Shown here in pieces: positions 20,497-28,919 of a DNA stretch of 64,000 nt (the stretch's first letter is position 1; every line of letters begins with the position of its first letter). The position numbers were made by a program, and so were the translations under genes. The stretch is from Candidatus Omnitrophota bacterium. Lineage in GTDB: Bacteria; Omnitrophota; Gorgyraeia; 2-02-FULL-51-18. The stretch covers positions 13,774 to 77,773 of the forward strand of contig CAMDWQ010000008.1 in the NCBI GenBank assembly GCA_945877765.1. Reading direction: 5' to 3'. The notes below the pieces were generated by a model that was given only the letters and a program-made list of their open reading frames with translations, ran no database searches and was not told the origin of the DNA.

Positions 20497-21441
20497 ATGC
20501 GCATACTCATCACGGGAATTACAGGTTTTGCCGGCGGTCACTTGGCTGATTTTCTGTCTCATAAAAAAGGTCTGGAGATTTACGGTCTTGCCCGCCGGAC
20601 TCGACCCGGCCAAAAAAAGATTTATTCTTGTGACATTTGCGATACCAAAAAACTGGCCGCTGTCATTCGGCAAGTCCGCCCTGAGCGTATTTTTCATTTG
20701 GCTGGTCAGGCCTCCATCCAGAAATCGTGGGAAGATCCTAAAGATACATTCGAACAAAATTTAATCGGAACATTGAATCTTTTTGAGGCGGTGCGGTCAG
20801 CGAAGCTCTCGCCGTGGATTCAGGTAACAGGCTCGGCTCACGAGTACGGTATTCCTAAGGGAAAAGTAAACCGTATTGATGAAGCCACTCCCATGAATCC
20901 GCTGAGTCCGTACGCCGTATCAAAAATCAGTCAGGATCTTCTGGCTAATTTGTATGCCTGGCGTTTTGGAATGAAGATTGTCCGTACACGCGCGTTTAAC
21001 CATATTGGTCCGCGGCAAAGCCCGGATTTTGTGACGGCGAGTTTCGCCCGGCAGGTGGCGTTGATTGAAGCCGGCCGCCAAGAACCAGAAATTCTTGCCG
21101 GGAATCTTGATTCGATTAGAGATTATACGGATGCTCGTGATGTCGCGCGCGCGTATTGGCTGTCACTGGAGAAGGGAAAGGCTGGTGAGGTTTACAATAT
21201 TGCGTCAGGCAAAGGGCACAACGCCCGTCAAATTTTAGCTATTTATTTAAAATTAAGCCGCGTCAAATTTAAAGTGAAGCTGGATCAGGCACGCTTACGG
21301 CCCACCGATTCGCCCCGGTTAGTGGGAGATGCCCAAAAATTAAGACGGCAGACCGGCTGGTCTCCGCGCATTCCTTTCGAGCGTTCTTTGGCGGATATTC
21401 TAAAATTTTGGAGAGAAAAAATTAAACATGAAAAAAATTAG
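20497..21441 (+). CDS. NAD-dependent epimerase/dehydratase (GDP-mannose 4,6-dehydratase / GDP-6-deoxy-mannose reductase-like)
   Basis: MRILITGITGFAGGHLADFL… and YAVSK are Gmd/Rmd-like extended-SDR features. Confidence 0.7.
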   Translation: MRILITGITGFAGGHLADFLSHKKGLEIYGLARRTRPGQKKIYSCDICDTKKLAAVIRQVRPERIFHLAGQASIQKSWEDPKDTFEQNLIGTLNLFEAVRSAKLSPWIQVTGSAHEYGIPKGKVNRIDEATPMNPLSPYAVSKISQDLLANLYAWRFGMKIVRTRAFNHIGPRQSPDFVTASFARQVALIEAGRQEPEILAGNLDSIRDYTDARDVARAYWLSLEKGKAGEVYNIASGKGHNARQILAIYLKLSRVKFKVKLDQARLRPTDSPRLVGDAQKLRRQTGWSPRIPFERSLADILKFWREKIKHEKN

Positions 21442-22402
21442 CAAGACAAAACCCAAAACGGTTCTAATTGCCGGTGCCGCGGGATTTATCGGCTCACATC
21501 TGAGCGATCTTTTTATTGAAAAGGGTGATCGCGTGATTGCGGTGGATAATCTCCTCACGGGAAACATTAAAAACCTCCGTCATTTGGTTTCAGACAAAAA
21601 TTTTTCATTTCAAAAAAATGACATTTCAAAACCGTTTCGTATTGCCGGACCGGTGGATTTTATTTTAAACTTTGCCTCACCGGCAAGCCCTCCGGATTAT
21701 TTAAAATACCCCATTCAGACATTGGAGGTGGGTTCTTTGGGTACGCGCAATCTTTTAGAGTTGGCACGGGAGAAGAAATCTATCTTTTTGCATGCCTCCA
21801 CCAGTGAAGTGTACGGCGACCCCGAAGTAAGCCCGCAAAAAGAAAGTTATTGGGGGCACGTCAGTTCCGTGGGAGTGCGCAGCGTTTACGATGAGGCGAA
21901 GCGCTTTTCCGAAGCGATGATCATGGCGTATCATCGTACGTACCGGTTGGATACCAAAATGGTTCGTATTTTTAACACTTACGGAAGGCGCATGCGGCCT
22001 CAAGACGGGCGCGTGATCCCCAATTTTATGACGCAGGCCCTTTTGGGGAAACCGCTGACGATTTACGGCAAGGGACAGCAAACGCGCAGCTATTGCTATG
22101 TGGATGATTTGGTTAGCGGAATCCACACCCTTCTTTTTTCAAATTTTCACCTGCCAGTAAATTTGGGAAATCCCAATGAGATGACAGTAATGGATCTAGC
22201 CAAAATGATTTTGAAAAGGACGGGCTCTAGAAGTAAAATTGTTTATCGGCCGCTGCCGGCAGACGATCCCAAGCAGCGTTGTCCCGATATCGCGTTGGCC
22301 CAAAAAGTACTCGGATGGAAACCCCAGGTGCCGCTTCAAGAAGGCTTGGGCTACACACTAGATTATTTTCGCGAAGAAATTTTACGGAATAAGCTTCGAT
22401 GA
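21428..22402 (+). CDS. UDP-glucuronate decarboxylase (UDP-xylose synthase)
   Basis: VLIAGAAGFIGSHL…ASPASPPDYLKYPIQTLEVGSLGTRNLLELA…STSEVYGDP…SVYDEAKRFSEAM…RIFNTYGRRM closely matches the UXS family. The partner enzyme ugd is encoded 4 kb upstream. Confidence 0.85.
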   Translation: MKKISKTKPKTVLIAGAAGFIGSHLSDLFIEKGDRVIAVDNLLTGNIKNLRHLVSDKNFSFQKNDISKPFRIAGPVDFILNFASPASPPDYLKYPIQTLEVGSLGTRNLLELAREKKSIFLHASTSEVYGDPEVSPQKESYWGHVSSVGVRSVYDEAKRFSEAMIMAYHRTYRLDTKMVRIFNTYGRRMRPQDGRVIPNFMTQALLGKPLTIYGKGQQTRSYCYVDDLVSGIHTLLFSNFHLPVNLGNPNEMTVMDLAKMILKRTGSRSKIVYRPLPADDPKQRCPDIALAQKVLGWKPQVPLQEGLGYTLDYFREEILRNKLR

Positions 22403-23130
22403 ATTCGGGCGAAGAACCATTTTTTCTGTCGGTGGTGATTCCTGTATTCAACGAAGAGCGTGTAGTTCTGGATGCGATCCGCTGTGTCGAAGCCTACCGC
22501 CAAGTGAAGGGGCAGGCCTGGGAAATTCTTGTGGTCAATGATGGCTCTAAAGATCAAACCTCGTCGTTGGTCCGAAATTATATTCAGTCCAGCGGCACCG
22601 ATTTCGTTAAGCTACTTTCTTTTGACAAAAATCGAGGAAAAGGTGCAGCCGTCAGGCAGGGTGTCCTCGCCTCGAAGGGAAAATATATCCTCGTGACAGA
22701 TGCGGACCTCTCGTCGCCGATCAAAGAAGCGGATAAGCTCCTTCGTGCAATGGAATACGGCGCCGATGTGGCGATAGGTTCGCGAGCGCTTCGAGAGAGA
22801 GGCGCGGATGTCCAGCAGAGCTTTAAGCGCGCGCTATCGGGAAGAATTTTTAACGCTCTAGTGCATCTTTTGGTGTTACCGGGTATTCATGATACGCAGT
22901 GTGGTTTTAAATGCTTCCGCCGCGCCGCCGCCCTCGACATTTTTTCCGCCCAAAAGCTGGATGGTTTTAGCTTTGACGTCGAAGCGCTGTATCTTGCGCG
23001 AAAAAAAGGCTACAAAATCAATGAAGTGCCTGTGATGTGGCGCCAAGGCGAGAAAAGCAGTGTGAGTCTTTTTCGCGACTCCCAGCGCATGCTGGGCGAC
23101 CTCTTTAAGATCAAAAAAATCCACGGGTAA
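22399..23130 (+). CDS. Family 2 glycosyltransferase
   Basis: LSVVIPVFNEE…LVVNDGSKDQT…VTDADLS are GT2 motifs. Confidence 0.8.
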   Translation: MNSGEEPFFLSVVIPVFNEERVVLDAIRCVEAYRQVKGQAWEILVVNDGSKDQTSSLVRNYIQSSGTDFVKLLSFDKNRGKGAAVRQGVLASKGKYILVTDADLSSPIKEADKLLRAMEYGADVAIGSRALRERGADVQQSFKRALSGRIFNALVHLLVLPGIHDTQCGFKCFRRAAALDIFSAQKLDGFSFDVEALYLARKKGYKINEVPVMWRQGEKSSVSLFRDSQRMLGDLFKIKKIHG

Positions 23131-23169
23131 CCCCATCAGTTTATTGTGGCCTCTAGTAAGATCCTCCGC

Positions 23170-23220
23170 TTGACAAAGAGTGTGTCATAATTTATCATAT
23201 AAGTATACAAATATGTATAC
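23170..23220 (+). promoter_or_regulatory. Putative sigma70 promoter and operator of the abiE operon
   Basis: TTGACA (23170-75), a 17-nt spacer, TATCAT (23193-98), then two copies of the self-palindromic hexamer GTATAC spaced 6 bp apart (23203-23220). This lies immediately upstream of the AbiEi start. AbiEi antitoxins are known to autoregulate through inverted repeats in their promoters. Confidence 0.35.
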
Positions 23221-23234
23221 TATTGGTATAAATT

Positions 23235-23792
23235 ATGAATAATTCAAAACGGTTAAAAATACTCATGGAATCCGGAAGATCGATATTCACGCCTTTGGAC
23301 TTGCGTCTGTTGTGGGGGATGAGTGAGTCGAGCGCCAAGATGAGCGCTGTGCGAATGGTGGAAAAAGGTCTTATGATAAGGCTGGCCGCCGGCTATTATG
23401 CCCTGAATCAACGGTATAATCCGCACGAGCTTGCCAACCGGCTGGCGGCGCCTTCCTACGTTTCGTTTCAGGCTGCCCTTTTTCAAGCGGGGGTTAATTT
23501 TCAAGCGCGCCGGGAGATTGGTTCCGTGGCGACACGCAATCACAAAAAGAAAGTGGGGGAAGTGATTTATACCTATACTGCGATGAAGAAGGAGTTGTTT
23601 TTCAATGGGGAGGGCGTGGTAACCCGTGAAGGCGTTTCTATCGCGCTTCCCGAGCGCGCGATCCTTGACAGTTTTTACTTCGGCTATTTACCGGATATTG
23701 ACGATGCTGGAAAATTAAATAAAACTCTTTTGGCGAAATTAAGCGCCTTGTATCCCAAGACTGTCCAAAAGAAGGCAGAAAAACTCTTATGA
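23235..23792 (+). CDS. AbiEi-family antitoxin/transcriptional regulator (type IV TA / abortive infection)
   Basis: N-terminal wHTH-like region (SIFTPLDLRLLWGMSESSAKMSAVRMVEKGLMIRLAAGYYAL) resembling AbiEi. The AbiEii gene follows with a 4-nt overlap. Confidence 0.65.
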   Translation: MNNSKRLKILMESGRSIFTPLDLRLLWGMSESSAKMSAVRMVEKGLMIRLAAGYYALNQRYNPHELANRLAAPSYVSFQAALFQAGVNFQARREIGSVATRNHKKKVGEVIYTYTAMKKELFFNGEGVVTREGVSIALPERAILDSFYFGYLPDIDDAGKLNKTLLAKLSALYPKTVQKKAEKLL

Positions 23793-24475
23793 GCCGCTTG
23801 TTCGAATGGGACAGGCATAAAAGGTATCTTGCGCTTTTACTGACGGAGCTGGCCAAAGCCTTTCCCGAGAAGATTGCGTTTAAAGGTGGCACCTGCGCTT
23901 ATTTTTTTTATAATCTCCCGCGATTCTCATTTGATCTGGATTTTGACATGATACGGGCATTCAAGGCTATGGATGCCGATCTATTCCGTGAGATTGTGGC
24001 AAAGCATGGACAAGCGAGAAATTTTTATGACAAGGCAAACACATTGTTTTGTCTTTTTGATTACGGAAAAGATAATCCCAATATCAAAATCGAGCTGAAT
24101 AAGCGCGTGTGGAAAAACAACGTTTATAAGCTGGTCTGGTTTATGGGCGTGCCGGTTTCTATCGCGGATGAAACGACTGTTTTGACCAATAAGCTGGTCG
24201 CGCTCATGGACCGCAAAACCGCAGTCGCAAGAGATTTATACGATAGCTGGTATTTTTTAAAGGCGGGATTTCCGGTCCATGACGCCCTGGTCTTGGAGCG
24301 CACCGGCCGGGATACCCGGACCTATTTGAGAGAAGTCGCCGCGTTTATTAAGAAAACCTATACGTCCCGTAACGTGTTGCACGGGCTGGGTGACGCGCTC
24401 GATGAAAAACAGAAGGCTTGGGCGAAGGAGTATCTTGTTTCAGAGACAATACAGGAGATCACCAGGCGTGCATAA
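23789..24475 (+). CDS. AbiEii/AbiGii-family nucleotidyltransferase toxin
   Basis: IAFKGGTCAYFFYNLPRFSFDLDFDM matches the AbiEii/DUF1814 nucleotidyltransferase motif (FKGGTAL…R.SxDLDF). Confidence 0.8.
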   Translation: MSRLFEWDRHKRYLALLLTELAKAFPEKIAFKGGTCAYFFYNLPRFSFDLDFDMIRAFKAMDADLFREIVAKHGQARNFYDKANTLFCLFDYGKDNPNIKIELNKRVWKNNVYKLVWFMGVPVSIADETTVLTNKLVALMDRKTAVARDLYDSWYFLKAGFPVHDALVLERTGRDTRTYLREVAAFIKKTYTSRNVLHGLGDALDEKQKAWAKEYLVSETIQEITRRA

Positions 24476-24578
24476 TTGTCCTATGCAGAGATCTATCGAA
24501 CTCTCCAAAGCACTCTTGACATCGCTAAAGCCATCGAGTAAAATTACTCATAGTAGTGAGTAATTTTAGGAGGCTGTT

Positions 24579-25760
24579 ATGTACCAGCGAAGTATGACCC
24601 AAGTGATTCGCAAGCGATTGTCGGAAAAAAGACGCTTTATTCAAGTGATTTTAGGACCCCGCCAGGTAGGTAAAACCACGGCTATTCAACAGGTGTTAGA
24701 GGCGATTGGTGTCCCGTCCCAGTATGCGGCGGCGGATCTTCCTGCTCCTCCTGATACGGGCTGGATAGCCAGGCAGTGGGATATTGCGCGGATGAAAGCT
24801 AGTGAAGGAAAGACCGCTGTTCTTGTTTTGGATGAAATTCAGAAAGTCTCGCATTGGTCGAGCGAAGTTAAGCGTTTGTGGGATGAGGATAGCCAGGCAC
24901 GCCGCTCCATTCAGGTAGTGCTTTTGGGGTCGTCCTCTTTGCTTATTCAAAAAGGTTTAAGTGAAAGCCTAGCGGGACGATTTGAACTTATTCGCTTTCC
25001 TCATTGGTCATGGATTGAAATGAAAGAGTGTTTTAGCCTGTCTTTGGAGCAGTATATCTATTTTGGAGGGTATCCCGCATCGGCATCCTTGATGCAGGAT
25101 GAAAATCGCTGGGGGCAGTATCTGCGTGATTCCTTGATCGAAACGGCCCTATCCAAGGACATTCTTCTTTTAAACCGCGTTGAAAAACCCATTTTATTGA
25201 GACAGTTGTTTGTCTTGGCGTGCGAGTACAGCGGGCAGATTTTGTCCTATCAGAAGATTCTGGGCCAATTGCAGGACGTGGGCAACACCGTGACGGTGGC
25301 GCATTACCAAAGGCTTTTGGAGGCCGCTTTTCTTATCAAAGGATTGCAAAAATGGTCAGGCCAAACAATTCGTTCAAGAAGTTCGAGTCCTAAATGGCTT
25401 GCTTTGAATTCCGGTCTCGTCAGCGCTCTCTCTAACCGTACTTTTGATGAGTGGCGTCAAGATCCGGCCCAATGGGGAAGACTCGTGGAAACCAGCGTTG
25501 GCGCTCATTTGGCCAATCAAGGCGTCATCGAGGGGATCGAGGTGTATTATTGTCGGGAAGGCAATCACGAGGTTGATTTTGTCCTGCGCAAAGGTTCTAC
25601 CTTAACGGCGATTGAGGTAAAAAGCGGACAGAAGCGGATCGAATCCAAGGGCCTGTCTAAATTCAAAGAGCATTACCCTCGCGCCAAGACGCTGGTCGTG
25701 GGAACCGGAGGAATGACAACCAAGGATTTTTTTGAACACCCTATCACCAAATTAGTTTGA
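24579..25760 (+). CDS. AAA+ ATPase (COG1373, AAA_14 + DUF4143) with a C-terminal PD-(D/E)xK nuclease-like motif
   Basis: Walker A GPRQVGKTT and Walker B VLVLDEIQ. The C-terminal …HEVDFVLRKGSTLTAIEVKSGQ shows the D…E.K arrangement of restriction-endonuclease-fold domains. The gene stands alone, flanked by intergenic gaps. Confidence 0.8.
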   Translation: MYQRSMTQVIRKRLSEKRRFIQVILGPRQVGKTTAIQQVLEAIGVPSQYAAADLPAPPDTGWIARQWDIARMKASEGKTAVLVLDEIQKVSHWSSEVKRLWDEDSQARRSIQVVLLGSSSLLIQKGLSESLAGRFELIRFPHWSWIEMKECFSLSLEQYIYFGGYPASASLMQDENRWGQYLRDSLIETALSKDILLLNRVEKPILLRQLFVLACEYSGQILSYQKILGQLQDVGNTVTVAHYQRLLEAAFLIKGLQKWSGQTIRSRSSSPKWLALNSGLVSALSNRTFDEWRQDPAQWGRLVETSVGAHLANQGVIEGIEVYYCREGNHEVDFVLRKGSTLTAIEVKSGQKRIESKGLSKFKEHYPRAKTLVVGTGGMTTKDFFEHPITKLV

Positions 25761-25910
25761 TAGTTGATAGATACTAAAGTGTGGGGTTGAGGTTTTTAAG
25801 ATTCTGTTTGTAAGTTAGAAAAGAAAGGTCACACCCTCTAGTTTGTCTAAGTTTTATCTGGACACATTTTTTTATCAATAGTAAAATTTCGATAAAAATG
25901 ATGGAGGGAT

Positions 25911-28900
25911 ATGAAGAGAATTGGTTCTTTATTGGTGATGATGGTGTTCACCACTCAATCCGCTTTGTTTGCTGCTTCGTTTTCCTTTCCCTCAGTCCTT
26001 CCCGGCGAAAATCAGTCCATCAACATTGTCGGTAGTACCGTAAAAATCAAAGGCTTGACGGATCAAGCCAATAGCGTCTTTGTCAATGGTAGGCAGGTAT
26101 CCGTACAGAGAGATGGCACTTTCTCCGAGGATATGATCATTCCTCTGGGAAGCACCGATGTCACCGTTGAAGCGATTGACCCCAAGGGCGCCAAAAGCAG
26201 TTATCATAAAACCATTGTTGCGAAAGAAAATAGTTTATTCCTAGCGGGTATTGCCGACGGCACATTAAATTTTATTAATGCCAATGAAGGAAGGGATCTT
26301 TACCGCGACAATCAGAACTTTGGTGACGGCAGGTCGGTGGATGGCAAGATTTCTTATTATTTGGCGGGGAAAGTGAAAGGGAAGTATCTCATCAAGTCCT
26401 CTCTGGACACGGATAAGCGTTCCCAAGATAAACTTTTCACGAATATTGACCCCGATAAGTATTACCCCATTTACGGCGATAACTCCACCGTGGTTTATGA
26501 TACTCACAGCCAGGGGAAATTTTACGCGCTCGTCGAATGGGATAAATCGGGTTTTGTGATCGGTAATTACCAGACCCAAATCGGCGGCGAAGAGAGTCGG
26601 TTGAGCAATTACAATCGCACCCTGTATGGCACTAAGCTTCATCTGGAGACACCCGAGCGAACCGTTTACGGGGACACCAAATCGCAAGCGACGGGTTTCT
26701 TGGCCGAAGCTAACCAGTTCCGGGGCCACAGCGAACTTCAGGCGACCGGAGGCTCGCTTTATTATTTGAGGCACCGCAATATCGTCGAAGGAAGTGAGCA
26801 AGTCCGCCTTGAAATTCGCGATAAATCCACCGGCATGACGCTTCAAACGTTACCCCAAGCTGAAAACGTAGATTATGAAATCAAATACGATGAAGGCCGG
26901 ATTCTTTTTAAAAAGCCGGTGATGTCCGTGTCCGGATCGGATACGGTGATTACTGACAGCGTTCAGGAAGGCAATGATGTCTATGTGATCGCCAATTATG
27001 AATATGACGATCAGGACGCCTTCTCGACTGTAAGCCAAAATCCCGAGACGATCAGCGGCGGAGGCCGCGTGTCACATCAAGTAATGGACAATCTCCGTGT
27101 GGGCGGCACCTACACTCAAGAAGAAAAAGAGGGCAAAAACCACGCCCTATCGGGCATTGACTCCACGGTAAAAATTGGAAATTTTACGAAAATTAACGCC
27201 GAATACGCCGAGACATCCTCTGACTCCGCGTCTTCTTATGTTTCTTATAATGGTGGTTATGATTACACCGAAACAGCGGTAGCCAATGGAAGTAAAGGTG
27301 TTGCCACCAATCTGAGCCTCAATACCTCGGTCGGAGAATATTTTGGGATGGGGAAAGAATTTCTGGATTTGACGGCCTATTACCGGTCGATTGACCGCAA
27401 TTTTTCTCCGGCGGACACGCTGTTTGAATCAGGTACCCGTAAATATGGCGCCGAGTTGGCGCATCGCTTGGGGGTGAGCGACAAGCTGCGTTTTATTTAC
27501 GAAGATGGGGAGTTGGACCACGAAGCCTTCAGCGTCAACGAAGCCGCCAAAAATGAACTGGAAGCGGCCCGCATCCAGAACCTGACGGCTCAGTGGGTCC
27601 ATGATTATCAAAAGTTCACTTTTTTCACGGAATACCGTATTCAGCAAAAAAAGAATTCGTTTAGTTCTTACGTGGATACTAATCAGGAATCTTCGGGCAA
27701 TGTTATCGCGGAAAAAGTGGAATACCGCATGTCCGAAAAGACGTCTCTTTTTCTCGGTCAGCAAGTGGGTTTAACCGAATCGAAAGATTCGTTCACTTCT
27801 GTTGGTATCATTCAAAAGTTGATGAACGACATCGCCGCTTATTTGCGCGGATCGGTGGGCCCCGACAGCAACGGCGTCGTGACCGGCCTAGACCGCCAAG
27901 TGAATGCTTCCACCACCCAATACATGAATTACTCTATTTTAGAGACGGCGCTGGATGGAAATTCTTCGACGACTGCCTTTGGAGCCAATACCCAGATTGC
28001 CGAGAAAGCAGAGTTAAGAAGAGAAAAACGTTTTGTGAGCAGTGATACTCGCGGCATCTACACGTCAGACTTTAGCAGCCTAAAAAATCAAATCACCCCG
28101 CATCTTGATTTTGACTTCTCTTATGAGCGTAGGGAAGAGGCGATTGACGGTAATCTCAAGGGCTCCACGCCTCGTGATGCTTTCTCGACCACGCTTGCGT
28201 ACGCAAAACCGGATGTATTGAAGGCAAATTCAAAGTTTGAATACCGTGTGGACACCGGGGATGTGTGGCAGGTTTTGTCCGACAATCAAGGGGAGTACAA
28301 GCTTACCCAGGATTGGTTTTTGTTTGGGGAGTATGAATATTCGCTGGGGCAGGATACCACGCGTGAGATTGCCGTCTCCCGTATTGACAAGAAGCAAATG
28401 GGTCTGGCTTACCGGCCGGTGGATTATGATAGTTTTAACTGGCTTTTAAAATACACTCGGTTGCAGGATGACCGCCCGCGCGATTTGGTCAGTGCTGATG
28501 GAGGATTTCTCAAGCAAAAATCTACGTATAATGAGTTTGCCACCGAAGCGGCCCGCGACTTGCCATGGCATTTTCAGTTTGTCGAGAAAATTGCGTATCG
28601 CACGGAAAAGTTTATTGCCGTGAATGTGAATAATATTATCGAAACCCCCTCAAATCTCGACGCATTTTTGGTAATTCATCGCCTGAATTATCACCTCACC
28701 AACAAAGTGGACATCGCCGGAGAGTTTAGAGCCTTAACCTTGGTCGGATCCGATGTTGACACCCGCGAATACGGTCCGCTGGTGGAGTTTACGTATCAGA
28801 TTCACAAAAATATCGCGTTGGGCGCTGGCTACAACTTTACTTCGTTTAAGGATGATTTGTCTGTTTATGACCGCAAGGAAGCAGAGGGATTTTTCCTTCG

Positions 28901-28919
28901 GGTCCAAGGAAAATATTAA
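25911..28919 (+). CDS. Large (1002 aa) secreted beta-rich protein, probably an outer-membrane beta-barrel with an N-terminal Ig-like domain
   Basis: Signal peptide MKRIGSLLVMMVFTTQSALFAASF. Tyr/Asn/Thr/Ser-rich with an alternating hydrophobic pattern throughout. The C-terminus …EGFFLRVQGKY ends with an aromatic residue and alternating hydrophobics, as in OMP last strands. No specific family was recognised. Confidence 0.55.
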   Translation: MKRIGSLLVMMVFTTQSALFAASFSFPSVLPGENQSINIVGSTVKIKGLTDQANSVFVNGRQVSVQRDGTFSEDMIIPLGSTDVTVEAIDPKGAKSSYHKTIVAKENSLFLAGIADGTLNFINANEGRDLYRDNQNFGDGRSVDGKISYYLAGKVKGKYLIKSSLDTDKRSQDKLFTNIDPDKYYPIYGDNSTVVYDTHSQGKFYALVEWDKSGFVIGNYQTQIGGEESRLSNYNRTLYGTKLHLETPERTVYGDTKSQATGFLAEANQFRGHSELQATGGSLYYLRHRNIVEGSEQVRLEIRDKSTGMTLQTLPQAENVDYEIKYDEGRILFKKPVMSVSGSDTVITDSVQEGNDVYVIANYEYDDQDAFSTVSQNPETISGGGRVSHQVMDNLRVGGTYTQEEKEGKNHALSGIDSTVKIGNFTKINAEYAETSSDSASSYVSYNGGYDYTETAVANGSKGVATNLSLNTSVGEYFGMGKEFLDLTAYYRSIDRNFSPADTLFESGTRKYGAELAHRLGVSDKLRFIYEDGELDHEAFSVNEAAKNELEAARIQNLTAQWVHDYQKFTFFTEYRIQQKKNSFSSYVDTNQESSGNVIAEKVEYRMSEKTSLFLGQQVGLTESKDSFTSVGIIQKLMNDIAAYLRGSVGPDSNGVVTGLDRQVNASTTQYMNYSILETALDGNSSTTAFGANTQIAEKAELRREKRFVSSDTRGIYTSDFSSLKNQITPHLDFDFSYERREEAIDGNLKGSTPRDAFSTTLAYAKPDVLKANSKFEYRVDTGDVWQVLSDNQGEYKLTQDWFLFGEYEYSLGQDTTREIAVSRIDKKQMGLAYRPVDYDSFNWLLKYTRLQDDRPRDLVSADGGFLKQKSTYNEFATEAARDLPWHFQFVEKIAYRTEKFIAVNVNNIIETPSNLDAFLVIHRLNYHLTNKVDIAGEFRALTLVGSDVDTREYGPLVEFTYQIHKNIALGAGYNFTSFKDDLSVYDRKEAEGFFLRVQGKY

